DNA of 58,334 nt from Alphaproteobacteria bacterium (GCA_041602815.1 JBFIFO010000003.1:1-58334), one strand, 5' to 3'; counted from the first letter of the stretch, positions 1-10,470 are shown. Numbers and translations: made by a program. The notes: generated by a model not told the origin, from the letters alone.

Positions 1-2436
1 CGCCCGTACCTGCATCTCGTAGATCTCCGGGACCGTGATCCCCAGCCGGCAGCCGCGGTGTCCCAGCAGGGGATTGAACTCCTCGAGCCGATCGAGCTTG
101 ATGCGCAGCTTGTCGAACGGCACCTTCATCTCGGCGGCGCGCAGGCAGACACGCGGCAGCTCGATCATGGTGCCGATCATGTAGGCCGGACGGCTGCCCG
201 TCTCCGTCGCGACCTCGTCGGCGACCCGGTCGATGATGCGCTTGAGGACGTCAAGCTCCTCCTTGACAGCGATCAGCGGCACCATGACCTCGCAGATCGG
301 CCCCTCGCCGGTCTCCGCCTCCACCGCGACCGCAGCCTCGAAGATCGCCCGCGCCTGCATCTCGCAGATTTCCGGATAGCTGATCGCCAGCCGGCAGCCC
401 CGGTGGCCGAGCATCGGGTTCGCCTCGTGCAGCTCGGTTGCCCGGCGGCGCACCGTCTTGATGTCGACCCCGGCGGCGTCCGCGACCTCCTGCATCTCCT
501 GCGCGCCCTTGGGCAGGAACTCGTGCAGCGGCGGGTCCAGGAGTCGGATGGTCACCGGCAGGCCGCGCATGATCTTGAAGATCTCGATGAAGTCCTCGCG
601 TTGCATCGGCAGGATCTTGTCGAGGGCGGCGCGGCGGCCCTGCTCGTTCTCGGCCAGGATCATCTCGCGCACGGCGACGATGCGCTCGGCCTCGAAGAAC
701 ATGTGCTCGGTGCGGCACAGCCCGATCCCCTCGGCACCGAATTCGCGCGCCGTGCGGGCATCCTCGGGCGTGTCGGCATTGGCGCGGACGCCCATGGTTC
801 GGGCCGCGTCGGCCCATTCCATGAGCTTGGCGAAATCGCCGGACAGCTCGGGCTTGACGGTCGGCACCTCGCCGAGCATGACCTGGCCGGCACCGCCGTC
901 GATGGTGATCCAGTTGCCGCCCTTGATGGTGCGGCCGCCGACCGTCATCTTGCGCGCCTTTTCGTCGACCTGGATATCGCCGGCGCCGGCAACGCACGCC
1001 CGTCCCATGCCGCGCGCGACGACCGCGGCGTGGCTGGTCATACCGCCGCGCGTCGTCAGGATGCCCTGGGCTGCGTGCATGCCGTGGATGTCCTCGGGGC
1101 TGGTCTCGGTTCGCACCAGGATCACGCGCTCCCCCTTGGCGGCCTCGGCTTCCGCCTCGTCGGCAGTGAATACCGCCTTGCCCGACGCAGCGCCGGGCGA
1201 GGCCGGCAGGCCGGTGGCGATGATGACGCGCTCTGCATCGGGGTCGAGCGCCGGGTGGAGGAGCTGGTCGAGCGCCTGCGGCTCGATGCGGCCGACCGCG
1301 GTCGGCCGGTCGATGAGCCCGCTCTCCGCCATTTCCACGGCGATGCGCAGGGCCGCCTGCGTGGTCCGCTTGCCGTTGCGCGTCTGCAGCATCCACAGCT
1401 TGCCCTTCTGCACCGTGAACTCGATGTCCTGCATGTCGCGGTAATGAGTCTCCAGCTTGCCGCGGATGTCGTTGAGCTGGGTGAACACCTCCGGCATGAC
1501 TTCCTCCATCGCCGGCAGGTCGGAGTCGTTGGCTTGTTTGCCGGCGACGGTCAGGTGCTGCGGCGTGCGGATGCCGGCGACCACGTCCTCGCCCTGGGCG
1601 TTGACCAGGTACTCGCCGTAGAAGGCGTTCGCGCCGGTCGACGGATCGCGGGTGAAGGCGACGCCGGTGGCGCAGTCGTCGCCCATGTTGCCGAACACCA
1701 TCGCCTGCACGTTCACCGCGGTGCCCCAGTCCTCGGGGATGCCGTGCAGGCGCCGGTAAGTCACGGCGCGCGGCGTCATCCAGCTGCCGAACACGGCGCC
1801 GATGGCGCCCCAAAGCTGCGCTTTCGGATCGTGCGGGAAGGGCTCGCCGAGCGCCTCCTCGACGCGCGCCTTGTAGGCGGCGACGAGCGCCTTCAGCGCC
1901 TTGGCGTCGAGCTCAGTGTCGAGCTTGACGTTGCGATCCTCCTTGTGCAGGTCGAGGATCTCCTCGAAATTGTAGTGCTCGACGCCGAGCACGACGTTGG
2001 AATACATCTGGATGAAACGACGGTAGCTGTCATAGGCGAAGCGCGGATTGTCGCTCTGCGCCGCAAGCCCTTCGACTGTCTCGTCGTTGAGCCCGAGATT
2101 GAGCACCGTGTCCATCATCCCGGGCATCGAGGCACGGGCGCCCGAGCGCACCGAGACCAGCAGCGGCGCCTTGCGATCGCCAAATTTCATGCCGCCGACC
2201 CGGGCCTCGATGTTGGCGAGCGCCGCATCGACGTAGCCGGCCAGGTCGTCCGGATAGGTGTTGCCGTTCTGGTAGAAGTACGTGCACACCTCCGTCGTGA
2301 TGGTGAATCCCGGCGGCACGGGCAGCCCCAGCTGGCACATCTCCGCAAGGTTGGCGCCCTTGCCGCCCAGCAATTCGCGCATTCCGGCGCTGCCCTCTGC
2401 GGCGCCGTCCCCGAACTCGTACACCCACTTGCTCAT
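1..2436 (-). CDS. ppdK: Pyruvate phosphate dikinase (3' end runs off the window)
   Basis: Not in the ORF track because it has no stop in the window. Reverse translation from ATG at 2436 gives MSKWVYEFGDGAAEGSAGMRELLGGKGANLAEMCQLGLPVPPGFTITTEVC; also VSVRSGARASMPGMMDTVLNLG, GGMTSHAAVVAR (phospho-His), GIGLCRTEHMF and NPMLGHRGCRL. Confidence 0.97.
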   Translation of the reverse strand, partial: MSKWVYEFGDGAAEGSAGMRELLGGKGANLAEMCQLGLPVPPGFTITTEVCTYFYQNGNTYPDDLAGYVDAALANIEARVGGMKFGDRKAPLLVSVRSGARASMPGMMDTVLNLGLNDETVEGLAAQSDNPRFAYDSYRRFIQMYSNVVLGVEHYNFEEILDLHKEDRNVKLDTELDAKALKALVAAYKARVEEALGEPFPHDPKAQLWGAIGAVFGSWMTPRAVTYRRLHGIPEDWGTAVNVQAMVFGNMGDDCATGVAFTRDPSTGANAFYGEYLVNAQGEDVVAGIRTPQHLTVAGKQANDSDLPAMEEVMPEVFTQLNDIRGKLETHYRDMQDIEFTVQKGKLWMLQTRNGKRTTQAALRIAVEMAESGLIDRPTAVGRIEPQALDQLLHPALDPDAERVIIATGLPASPGAASGKAVFTADEAEAEAAKGERVILVRTETSPEDIHGMHAAQGILTTRGGMTSHAAVVARGMGRACVAGAGDIQVDEKARKMTVGGRTIKGGNWITIDGGAGQVMLGEVPTVKPELSGDFAKLMEWADAARTMGVRANADTPEDARTAREFGAEGIGLCRTEHMFFEAERIVAVREMILAENEQGRRAALDKILPMQREDFIEIFKIMRGLPVTIRLLDPPLHEFLPKGAQEMQEVADAAGVDIKTVRRRATELHEANPMLGHRGCRLAISYPEICEMQARAIFEAAVAVEAETGEGPICEVMVPLIAVKEELDVLKRIIDRVADEVATETGSRPAYMIGTMIELPRVCLRAAEMKVPFDKLRIKLDRLEEFNPLLGHRGCRLGITVPEIYEMQVRA

Positions 2437-2445
2437 CGCTGTCCG

Positions 2446-4539
2446 CTATCCCTCGATCTGGCTGAAATCCGCAAGCAAACTCATGGTCGCCCGAATCCGC
2501 GACAGCAGGCGCAGCCGGTTGGCCCGCAGTGCGGAGTCGTCCGCGTTGACGGTAACCTCGTCGAAGAACGCATCGACTGGGCTGCGCAACGCCGCCAGCG
2601 CCGTCATGGCGGCGGTGAATTCCTCTCCGGCTACGGCTGCGTCCACGGCTTTCGCTGCAGTGTCGAGCGCCATGCCGAGCGCCGACTCCTCGTCCTGCAC
2701 ATAGGCAGCGGTATCCGGCGCCTGGTCGTAGGAGACACCGTCCTTCTTCTCCTCGATGCGCAGGATGTTGGCGGCGCGGCGAAACGCCGTCAACAGGTTC
2801 GCGCCGTCCTCGCTGGCAACGAACTCCTGCAGCGCATCGACCCGCGCCAGCAGGCGTACGAGATCGTCCTCGCCGCCGAGCCCGAAAACCGCGGCGATCA
2901 GGTCATGCCGCACGCCCCGGTCGCGCAGGTGCACCTTCAGCCGGTCGGCGAAGAAGGCGAGAAGATCGTCACACACGGCCGCCTTGCCGACACCGCCGGG
3001 AACCGCCGCTCCGATGCCGTCGACCGCCGCACGGAAGATCGGCAGCAGGCTGACCCGCAACCCGTTCTCGATGATCAGCCGGATCACGCCCAGCGCGGCG
3101 CGGCGCAGCGCGTAAGGGTCCTTGGAGCCGGTCGGCTTCTCGTCGATGGCCCAGAAGCCGGCCAGCGTGTCGATCCGGTCGGCCAGGGCGACGGCGACCG
3201 AGACCGGCGCCGACGGGCAGATATCGTTCGGACCCTGCGGCGCGTAATGGTCGCGGATGGCATCGGCGACCTCCTCGTGCTCGCCGTCGGCCAGCGCGTA
3301 GTAACGTCCCATGATGCCCTGCAGCTCCGGAAACTCGCCGACCATGCCAGTCACGAGGTCGGCCTTGGCCAGCCGTGCGGCGCGGGCCACCCGGTCGCGG
3401 CCGGCACCCTCGATATGCCGCGCGATTTCGACGGCCAGCGCCTCGACGCGGTCGACCTTGGCGTCCAGCGTGCCGAGTTTGGCGTGGAAGGTGATGTCGG
3501 CAAGCTGCGTCGTCCGGCTGGACAGAGTTTCTTTCCGGTCCTGGTCCCAGAAGAAGCGCGCATCGGCGAGGCGCGCCCGCAGCACCCGCTCATTGCCGGC
3601 GATGATCTGCTTGCCGCCGTCCTTGGTCTCCATGTTGGCGACCAGCGCGAAGTGCGGCGCCAGTTCGCCGTCCTTGTCCAGCAGCGCAAAATATCTCTGG
3701 TGGCTGCGCATCGCGGTGGTCAGAACCTCCGGCGGCAATTCCATGAATTGTGCATCGATGCCGCCCATCAGCACCACCGGCCATTCGACGAGGCCGGTGA
3801 CCTCGTCCAGCAGCGCCGGATCGTCGCGCACGGTCAGACCGGCCTTCTTCGCCGCCCGGGCCAGCCCGTCGGCGATAATCCGGCGGCGCTCGGTCGGATC
3901 GAGGATGACGTGGCCGGGACTGCGCAGGCCGGCGGCGTATTCCTCGAAATCCGTTGCCGCCATGTAGCCGGGATGCAGAAACCGGTGGCCCCAGGTGCGG
4001 CTGCCGAAGCGTACCGTCTCACCACCGAGGTCGAGCGCGCCTCGCAGCGCGGCGCCGTCGAAGGCGGCGAGGATCGAATGCAGCGGGCGCACCCAGCGGA
4101 AGCTGTTCGAGGCCCAGCGCATCGATTTCGGCCAGACCAGCCCGCCTATGGAAGCGGTCAGGATGTCGGGCAGCACCGCCGCGGTGGCGCGTCCCTTCTT
4201 CTCGATGACGGCGAACCAGACCGCGCCCTTCGGCGTTTCACGCTTCTCGCACTGGTCCAGCGAATCCAGGCCAGCGCCCCGCAGAAACCCCGCGATCGCC
4301 TTGTCTGGCGCGCCGACCTTCGGGCCTTTGCGCTCCTCGCGCAGATCAGGTTGCCGTTTGGGCAGGCCCTCTACGCACAGCGCGAGCCGCCGCGGCGTCG
4401 CGAAGGCCTCGGCGCTCCTGAAGGTAAGCCCCGCATCCCGCAGCCCCTGGGTGACGAGGCGCTTCAGGTCCTCGGCTGCGCGCGCCTGCATGCGGGCCGG
4501 GATCTCCTCGGAAAACAGCTCGAGCAGCAGCTGCGCCAT
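2446..4539 (-). CDS. glyS: Glycine--tRNA ligase beta subunit
   Basis: [60 protein letters not shown]; directly follows glyQ. Confidence 0.97.
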   Translation of the reverse strand: MAQLLLELFSEEIPARMQARAAEDLKRLVTQGLRDAGLTFRSAEAFATPRRLALCVEGLPKRQPDLREERKGPKVGAPDKAIAGFLRGAGLDSLDQCEKRETPKGAVWFAVIEKKGRATAAVLPDILTASIGGLVWPKSMRWASNSFRWVRPLHSILAAFDGAALRGALDLGGETVRFGSRTWGHRFLHPGYMAATDFEEYAAGLRSPGHVILDPTERRRIIADGLARAAKKAGLTVRDDPALLDEVTGLVEWPVVLMGGIDAQFMELPPEVLTTAMRSHQRYFALLDKDGELAPHFALVANMETKDGGKQIIAGNERVLRARLADARFFWDQDRKETLSSRTTQLADITFHAKLGTLDAKVDRVEALAVEIARHIEGAGRDRVARAARLAKADLVTGMVGEFPELQGIMGRYYALADGEHEEVADAIRDHYAPQGPNDICPSAPVSVAVALADRIDTLAGFWAIDEKPTGSKDPYALRRAALGVIRLIIENGLRVSLLPIFRAAVDGIGAAVPGGVGKAAVCDDLLAFFADRLKVHLRDRGVRHDLIAAVFGLGGEDDLVRLLARVDALQEFVASEDGANLLTAFRRAANILRIEEKKDGVSYDQAPDTAAYVQDEESALGMALDTAAKAVDAAVAGEEFTAAMTALAALRSPVDAFFDEVTVNADDSALRANRLRLLSRIRATMSLLADFSQIEG

Positions 4540-4542
4540 GAC

Positions 4543-5406
4543 CTACCGGTGCCCCCGCGCAGCCAGCCAGCCCTCGCAGCAGGATTTGGCCAGTGCCCGA
4601 ACCCGGCCGATATAGGCCTGGCGCTCGGTCACCGAGATCACGCCGCGGGCATCGAGCAGGTTGAACAGGTGGCTCGCCTTGAGGCACTGGTCGTAGGCCG
4701 GCAGCGGCAGCGCCGCCTCGATCAGCGACCGGCACTCCACCTCGGCGTCCTGGAAGTGCCGTGTCAGCATGTCGGTGTCGGCGCGCTCGAAATTGTGCGC
4801 GGAATACTCGCGCTCGGCCTGCAGGAATACGTCGCCGTATTTCACGCCGGCGCCGTTGAAATCGAGGTCGAAGACGTTGTCGACGCCCTGCACGTACATC
4901 GCCAGCCGCTCCAGCCCGTAGGTCAGTTCGCACGAGACGGGATTGCATTCCAGCCCGCCGACCTGCTGGAAATACGTGAACTGGGTGACCTCCATGCCGT
5001 CGCACCAGACTTCCCAGCCGAGGCCCCAGGCACCCAGCGTCGGGCTTTCCCAGTCGTCCTCGACGAAGCGGATGTCGTGGCGCATCGGATCGATGCCGAG
5101 ATGCCGCAGCGAATCGAGATAGAGTTGCTGGCTGTCCGGCGGTGAGGGCTTCAGGATCACCTGGTACTGGTAGTAGTGCTGCAGCCGGTTCGGGTTCTCG
5201 CCGTAGCGTCCGTCGGTCGGCCGGCGCGACGGCTGCACGTAGGCGGCGCTCCACGGCTCGGGCCCGAGGGCGCGCAGCGTCGTCGCCGGATGGAAGGTGC
5301 CGGCGCCGACCTCCATGTCATAGGGCTGCAGGATCACGCATCCGCGCTCGGACCAGTATTCGTGCAGCTTGAGAATGAGTGACTGGAAACTGTTGTCGGT
5401 GGCCAT
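4543..5406 (-). CDS. glyQ: Glycine--tRNA ligase alpha subunit
   Basis: [71 protein letters not shown]. Confidence 0.98.
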   Translation of the reverse strand: MATDNSFQSLILKLHEYWSERGCVILQPYDMEVGAGTFHPATTLRALGPEPWSAAYVQPSRRPTDGRYGENPNRLQHYYQYQVILKPSPPDSQQLYLDSLRHLGIDPMRHDIRFVEDDWESPTLGAWGLGWEVWCDGMEVTQFTYFQQVGGLECNPVSCELTYGLERLAMYVQGVDNVFDLDFNGAGVKYGDVFLQAEREYSAHNFERADTDMLTRHFQDAEVECRSLIEAALPLPAYDQCLKASHLFNLLDARGVISVTERQAYIGRVRALAKSCCEGWLAARGHR

Positions 5407-5533
5407 TCCCGGACCCGGAGTTCGCGGGCAGGCGCCCGTTCAGGTGCGGCGCAAAATAACGGCCCGGCCGGAACCGGTCAACGCCGGATGCCGGGCATCG
5501 ATGAGCCGCGGTCCGGCTCAGACGGGTTGCGTC

Positions 5534-5779
5534 TCAGTACGGGCAGTCCGGGCGCTCGCAGGGGCCGGCGGATTTGGCGACGACATAAGCCTTGCACACC
5601 GGGCACTGCACGGTGTCCTCGATCTCCGGCGCACCGCCGGCCTTTGCCCCGGCATTGCCGCCGCGCCGCTGCTGCTTGCGTGCCTGGTCGAGCCGCCCGA
5701 CCAGCTTGAAGCCGTACCAGACGGCAAGCAGGATGCCGATCAGGACGGCGAGCTTTCCCAGGCTGGGTATTCCGAACAT
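5534..5779 (-). CDS. Small membrane-anchored protein with C-terminal Cys motif (putative Zn ribbon)
   Basis: 81 aa; N-terminal hydrophobic helix; C-terminal CPVC...CERPDC; co-oriented between the S49 peptidase and glyQ. Confidence 0.75.
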   Translation of the reverse strand: MFGIPSLGKLAVLIGILLAVWYGFKLVGRLDQARKQQRRGGNAGAKAGGAPEIEDTVQCPVCKAYVVAKSAGPCERPDCPY

Positions 5780-5833
5780 CGATGAACTCCTAGCGGCCCG
5801 GCGGGCCGGCGGTCAAGCGCAGCGGCAGCGGCG

Positions 5834-6703
5834 TCACAGGCCGAACCGGCTCCAGAACAGCCGCTCCTCGATCGCTGCGAGGATATCATCGGCAACGGCG
5901 CCGGCCCGCGACATGCCGAGCCGCTTCTGCAACCAGCTGCGCGGCACCTTGACCGGACGCAGCCGCACCTTATCGCCGAACTTTTCGCGCATCACGCTGC
6001 GCAGGTCGCCGATCCCGTCCACGAGGCCGAGCTCCATGGCCTTGCGGCCGGTCCACACGGTGCCATCGAACAGCTCCGACTCCGGCGCCGCCAGCCGGGC
6101 GCCGCGACGCGTGCGCACCCAGTCCTTGAACTGGTCGTGCACGTCCTCCTGGATGGTCTTCAGGCGCTTGACGTCCTTGGGATCCTCGGGGCGGAACGGA
6201 TCGAGCATCGCCTTGGACTTGCCCGCGGTGTGAACCCGGCGCTCGACCCCGGCCTTGGCGATCAGGTCGGTGAAGCCGAACCCGGCCGAGACCACGCCGA
6301 TCGACCCGACGACGGAGGCCCCGTCGGCATAGATGTGATCGCCCGCGCAGGCGAGCCAGTAGCCGCCCGATGCGGCCACGTCCTCGCAGAACGCGTAGAC
6401 CGGCAGGTCGCGCTCCTCGGCCAGCGCGCGCACCCGGCCGGCGATCAGCGCCGACTGCACCGGTGAGCCGCCGGGAGAATTCACGGCGATTGCTACCGCC
6501 GCGAGCCGCTTCAGCTTGAACGCGCGCTCGATCGACTCGGCCAGGTCCTCGAGCGAGAGACCGCGCCGCGCAAGGCCGACCTGTCCGATGACGCCGGCAA
6601 AGCGAAGCACCCCGACGACCGGCGCGCCCGAGGCCCTGCGCGCCAGCCAGCCGCCGATCAGCGGCACGCGCTCGAGCCAGCTTTCCCTGGGCGGGTGTTT
6701 CAT
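5834..6703 (-). CDS. S49 family peptidase (SppA/SohB-like)
   Basis: VNSPGGSPVQS, DVAASGGYWLACAGD, VVGSIGVV, TAGKSKAMLDPF, LGLVDGIGD. Start trimmed to ATG 6703 (MKHPPRES). Confidence 0.9.
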   Translation of the reverse strand: MKHPPRESWLERVPLIGGWLARRASGAPVVGVLRFAGVIGQVGLARRGLSLEDLAESIERAFKLKRLAAVAIAVNSPGGSPVQSALIAGRVRALAEERDLPVYAFCEDVAASGGYWLACAGDHIYADGASVVGSIGVVSAGFGFTDLIAKAGVERRVHTAGKSKAMLDPFRPEDPKDVKRLKTIQEDVHDQFKDWVRTRRGARLAAPESELFDGTVWTGRKAMELGLVDGIGDLRSVMREKFGDKVRLRPVKVPRSWLQKRLGMSRAGAVADDILAAIEERLFWSRFGL

Positions 6704-6768
6704 GGCGGCTAACATAGGGAGGGGGATGAATCCCCACAAGACGGAAAGCGCAGCGCCCGAGTCCGGCT

Positions 6769-7716
6769 TCAAAGTGCGAGTGCTGCGCCGTCGCGCAGAA
6801 CGGCGAGCGCTTCCGCCGTATAGCCGCCCTCTTCTTCGTGCAGTACGAGGCCCGCGGCGACGCGCATCGGGGTCCGGACGCCGGGCCGCGCACGCACGAT
6901 CACGCGCTTCGCCTCGCGGCCCGCCTTGGGCCACAGCGGAAACACCACGACTCCGCCGGCCCGCCCGTGCAACAGCGCCAGCAGCTCGTCGAGCCGGTCG
7001 GCGCGGTGGATGAAGGTTATGCCGCCTTTCGGCCGGGCCATGCGCAGCGCGAAGTCAACCCAGTCGGCGAGCCTGGCCTCGCCCTCGACGTGCGCCATCG
7101 CCTTTGCATCGCCGGGCGGCGGGTCGGCCCGGTTTGCCGGAAGGTGGGGTGGATTGGCGATGACGTGGTCCCACGCGCCGGAGGCAAGGTCCGGGGGTGG
7201 CCGGAGGATATCGCCGGTAACGATCGAGACGCGGTCATCCATGTCATTTAGCGCGACGTTGTCGCGGGCGAGGCTGGCCAGTTCCGCCTGCACTTCCAGC
7301 CCCGCCACCCTTGCGCCCGGAACCCGCCGCGCGAAACAGAGCGCCGCCGCGCCGACACCGGTGCCGGCATCGAGCAGCGAGCCTGTCGCAGCAGCCGGCA
7401 CCGCGGCTGCCAACAGCACTGGATCGATGGTGACGCGATAGCCCTGCGCCGGCTGCCGTAGCCGGATCTTTCCGCCGAGCAGCGCATCGGGGGCGTCGCC
7501 CTCCGCGCCGTCCCACTCGCCGGCTTCGGTCAGCAGCCGGCGTGCCGCCTCGTAATCCTCGTCGGCGACCATCAGGCGGCGAGGGATGGCCGAGATCGAG
7601 CCTTCCGCGAAGCTCATGTGAGTGTCCAGCACCACGGCCTCGATGTTTTCCCCCGCCAGCAACGCCGCAAGCCACGAAATCCGCACATGGTCGCCGGTTC
7701 GCAACAATTCCCTCAT
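6769..7716 (-). CDS. DUF2007-like domain fused to tRNA1(Val) adenine-N6-methyltransferase-like (TrmN6/YfiC) SAM methyltransferase
   Basis: N-terminal ~70 aa MRELLRTGDHVRISWLAALL...IPRRLMVADEDYEAARRLL is DUF2007-like. It continues in frame into LLGGKIRLRQPAQGYR, LLDAGTGVGAA (SAM motif I) and VIANPPH (amino-methyltransferase motif IV). Confidence 0.85.
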   Translation of the reverse strand: MRELLRTGDHVRISWLAALLAGENIEAVVLDTHMSFAEGSISAIPRRLMVADEDYEAARRLLTEAGEWDGAEGDAPDALLGGKIRLRQPAQGYRVTIDPVLLAAAVPAAATGSLLDAGTGVGAAALCFARRVPGARVAGLEVQAELASLARDNVALNDMDDRVSIVTGDILRPPPDLASGAWDHVIANPPHLPANRADPPPGDAKAMAHVEGEARLADWVDFALRMARPKGGITFIHRADRLDELLALLHGRAGGVVVFPLWPKAGREAKRVIVRARPGVRTPMRVAAGLVLHEEEGGYTAEALAVLRDGAALAL

Positions 7717-7816
7717 TTTCGCCACACGGTGCGCTTTTTGGTCCACTTGACCATGGGTTCGGTTAAACTATGCTCGCTGCTATTCTGCAAGCCCTGCTAG
7801 GGAAAGGGGAATCATA

Positions 7817-8860
7817 TTGGCTGTCGTCGGCGCCGAGACGAAAGGTCGCGCGGGCGTGTCTGCGCAGGCCGTGACGGACACCAAGCCGTCGCTGGACGCA
7901 TTGCACGGCCTCGTCGCGAATGACGTGGCGGCTGTCAACCAGCTGATTGTCGACAATATGCAGAGCCCGGTGGCGTTGATCCCGCAACTTGCCGGCCACA
8001 TCGTCGCGGCCGGGGGAAAGCGGCTGCGGCCGATGGTGACTCTGGCCGCGGCCAGGCTTTGCGGCTACGATGGCCAGCGGCAGCAGGCGCTGGCCGCCTG
8101 TGTCGAGTTCATCCATACCGCAACCTTGCTGCACGACGACGTGGTCGACGAGTCGCTGCTGCGACGCGGCCGGGACTCGGCGAATGCGGTGTGGGGTAAC
8201 CAGGCGTCGGTCCTGGTTGGTGACTTCCTGTTCTCGCGGGCCTTCCAGCTGATGGTCGCGGACGGCTCGCTTGAGGTGCTGCGGATCCTTTCCAACGCCT
8301 CCGCGGTGATCGCCGAGGGCGAGGTGCTGCAGCTGGTCACCACAAACGACACGGCGACGGACGAGGACGCCTATCTCGAAGTGATCCGCTGCAAGACAGC
8401 GACCCTGTTCGCCGCGGCGGCGGAGATCGGCGCCGTTGTCGCGGACAGGCCGGTCTCCGAGCAGCGGGCACTTGCCGAATATGGGATGAACCTCGGCATC
8501 GCCTTTCAGCTGATCGACGATGTCCTGGATTACTCGGCGCTCCAGGCGAAACTGGGCAAGACGGTGGGCGACGACTTCCGTGAAGGCAAGATGAGCCTGC
8601 CCGTGGTGCTGGCGTTCGGCCGCGGCGATGCCGAGGAGCGCCGCTTCTGGACCCGTACACTGGAGCGCATGGAACAGGACGAACGGGACCTCGGCCATGC
8701 CATCGCACTGTTGCACCGTCACGGCGCCCTGGACGAGACTGCGGCCCGGGCCCGCCACTATGCGGAAAAGGCCAAACGGTCGCTTGCATTGTTCCCTGCA
8801 AGCCCGGTTCGTGAGGCGATGATGCAGGCTGTCGACTTCGCGGTTGACAGGGCCTACTGA
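7817..8860 (+). CDS. ispB: Polyprenyl (octaprenyl/decaprenyl) diphosphate synthase
   Basis: GGKRLRP, EFIHTATLLHDDVVDES (FARM), RRG, FQLIDDVLDY (SARM), GKTVGDDFREGK. TTG start after a purine-rich RBS. Confidence 0.93.
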   Translation: MAVVGAETKGRAGVSAQAVTDTKPSLDALHGLVANDVAAVNQLIVDNMQSPVALIPQLAGHIVAAGGKRLRPMVTLAAARLCGYDGQRQQALAACVEFIHTATLLHDDVVDESLLRRGRDSANAVWGNQASVLVGDFLFSRAFQLMVADGSLEVLRILSNASAVIAEGEVLQLVTTNDTATDEDAYLEVIRCKTATLFAAAAEIGAVVADRPVSEQRALAEYGMNLGIAFQLIDDVLDYSALQAKLGKTVGDDFREGKMSLPVVLAFGRGDAEERRFWTRTLERMEQDERDLGHAIALLHRHGALDETAARARHYAEKAKRSLALFPASPVREAMMQAVDFAVDRAY

Positions 8861-8883
8861 CGGCGCGGTCGATCCCGGAGAGA

Positions 8884-9447
8884 TCAGAAGGACGAATCCG
8901 GCTGGGTGAGAAACTCCGCCTCGTCAGGCGTCGTCGTGCGCCCGAGGACGTCGTTACGGTGCGGGAACCGCCCGAAGCGGTCGATGATCCGCTTGTGGGC
9001 CTCCGCCCATTTCACCAGCCCGGCGTCGCCGGTGGCCGCATAGAGTGCGACCGACAGGGCCTGGTCGGCGGGATCCTCGCTGTGCTGCAGGGGCATATAG
9101 AGAAACTGCCGTTCCCGCGCCGAAAGTCCCGCGTCGAACTTCCTGTCCAGCGCATACCTCAGGACCGCGCGCGCAGCCGCATCTGTGGCGAACGCGCGGG
9201 CGTCGCCGCGAAACATGTTGCGCGGAAATTGGTCGAGCACGATGGCCAGCGCAACGCAACCGGCCGGCGTCTGGCGCCACCCGTCGAGCGCGCCCGCGGC
9301 GGCCCGCCGGTACAGTTCGGCAAAACGCTTTCGGACCGTCGCGTCGAACGCGTCGTCCCTCTTGAACCATTGTTCCGGCGATGTCTCTGTAAACCAGAAG
9401 TCGAGCACTGCGCGCGCCTCGGCCGGAACCTCTGTGCTCAAACCCAT
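8884..9447 (-). CDS. DUF924 family protein
   Basis: VLDFWF...WFKRDDAFD, IVLDQFPRNMFRG, FLYMPLQHSED, IIDRFGRFPHRN. Start trimmed to ATG 9447; the longer ORF overlaps the tRNA antisense. Confidence 0.9.
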   Translation of the reverse strand: MGLSTEVPAEARAVLDFWFTETSPEQWFKRDDAFDATVRKRFAELYRRAAAGALDGWRQTPAGCVALAIVLDQFPRNMFRGDARAFATDAAARAVLRYALDRKFDAGLSARERQFLYMPLQHSEDPADQALSVALYAATGDAGLVKWAEAHKRIIDRFGRFPHRNDVLGRTTTPDEAEFLTQPDSSF

Positions 9448-9500
9448 CCCTCGGCCCTTGCTCTCTCCCGTTCCAGGGGTTATATAGCGGGCCTTCCCGC

Positions 9501-9577
9501 CGGAGTGTAGCTCAGCCTGGTAGAGCACCGTCTTCGGGAGGCGGGGGCCGGTGGTTCGAATCCACTCACTCCGACCA
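9501..9577 (+). tRNA. tRNA-Pro (anticodon CGG)
   Basis: CGGAGTG acceptor stem pairs with CACTCCG; D arm AGCTCAGCCTGGTAGAGC; anticodon arm CCGTC-TTCGGGA-GGCGG; T loop GGTTCGAATCC; encoded CCA end. Confidence 0.97.
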
Positions 9578-9581
9578 ACAG

Positions 9582-9607
9582 AACCCCCCGGGAAACCGGG
9601 GGGTTTT
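9582..9607 (+). terminator. Intrinsic terminator after tRNA-Pro
   Basis: AACCCCCCGG-GAAA-CCGGGGGGTT followed by TT: perfect stem with a GNRA loop and a short U-tract. Confidence 0.85.
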
Positions 9608-9906
9608 CGCATTGCACCGGGTTCGTCGGATTCCTGTGCCGTGCCCGAGGGATCTGCATGTGGCTGACAGTGTCCCAGCAAGCGACGCATCGATGGGATC
9701 GCAGTTCCAATCGAAACTCCCTTTGTGTTGTCGCGGCCAAGTTGGGGGACGCCGTGGTCCGACCCGGCTGATATGCATTGCCGGCTTGTTTGGTTGCCGG
9801 CCCCGAACGACCTGTCGCCTGGCCCATGGTCGGTCCCGCCTCACCGGAAATCGCCCGGCTTCGGGTTGTGCGCACGCGTAACGCCCTGCGGCAAAACAAT
9901 TCTCTC

Positions 9907-9922
9907 TTAACGCTTCTTTTAC
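9907..9922 (+). promoter_or_regulatory. CtrA-like box (1 mismatch) upstream of the RR-YaiO operon
   Basis: TTAA-CGCTTCT-TTTAC versus consensus TTAA-N7-TTAAC, about 155 bp before the start at 10078. Confidence 0.4.
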
Positions 9923-10077
9923 CCAACAGTGGAATGGTTGACGAGTGCCCCAGACCTTCGTTCGCGCATTCGTAGAGTAGGATCACGCCACGGTCTGCGC
10001 ATCGGGGACATCCATACTCTCGTATTCGTGCACCGATACGGGCCAGCTGCATCACTCAAGTCAGGCACGGCCGATCC

Positions 10078-10470
10078 ATGAGCGACAAGACTTCTTCGAT
10101 CCTGATCATAGATGACGACGAACTGCTGGTCACGCTGCTGGAACACAAGCTCGGTCAACGTGGTTTGTCGGTGAAGAGCGCCAACGACGGACAGGACGGC
10201 CTGATGGCGGCCATCGAAGGACAGCCCGATCTGGTGGTGCTCGACGTCATGATGCCGACCATGGACGGCTTCGAAGTGCTGCGCCGCATGAAGGAACACG
10301 AGCGCACCCGGGATATTCCGGTCATCATGCTGAGCGCCAAGCGTCTCGAGGATGACGTGGTGAACGGACTGAACCTCGGCGCTGCCGACTATCTCGTCAA
10401 GCCGTTCATGCCTGAGGAACTGCTGGTCAAGATCCAGAGGCTGCTGAGAGAAAAATGGATGCCCGCCTGA
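10078..10470 (+). CDS. Single-domain response regulator (REC only)
   Basis: ILIIDDD, PDLVVLDVMMPTMDG (phospho-Asp), IPVIMLSA, GAADYLVKPF; no output domain. Confidence 0.93.
   Translation: MSDKTSSILIIDDDELLVTLLEHKLGQRGLSVKSANDGQDGLMAAIEGQPDLVVLDVMMPTMDGFEVLRRMKEHERTRDIPVIMLSAKRLEDDVVNGLNLGAADYLVKPFMPEELLVKIQRLLREKWMPA

Noticed and set aside
58-5145. 1695-aa plus-strand ORF
   Set aside because: Antisense shadow of ppdK-glyS-glyQ, which share one frame; strong codon bias removes antisense stops; no recognisable motifs.
8884-9690. Long N-terminal extension of the DUF924 ORF
   Set aside because: Runs antisense through tRNA-Pro and its terminator; the family-like sequence begins at ATG 9447.
9578-10077. 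Possible integrase remnant or att site after the tRNA
   Set aside because: No tyrosine or serine recombinase motifs in the listed frames, and no second copy of the tRNA 3' end noticed by eye.
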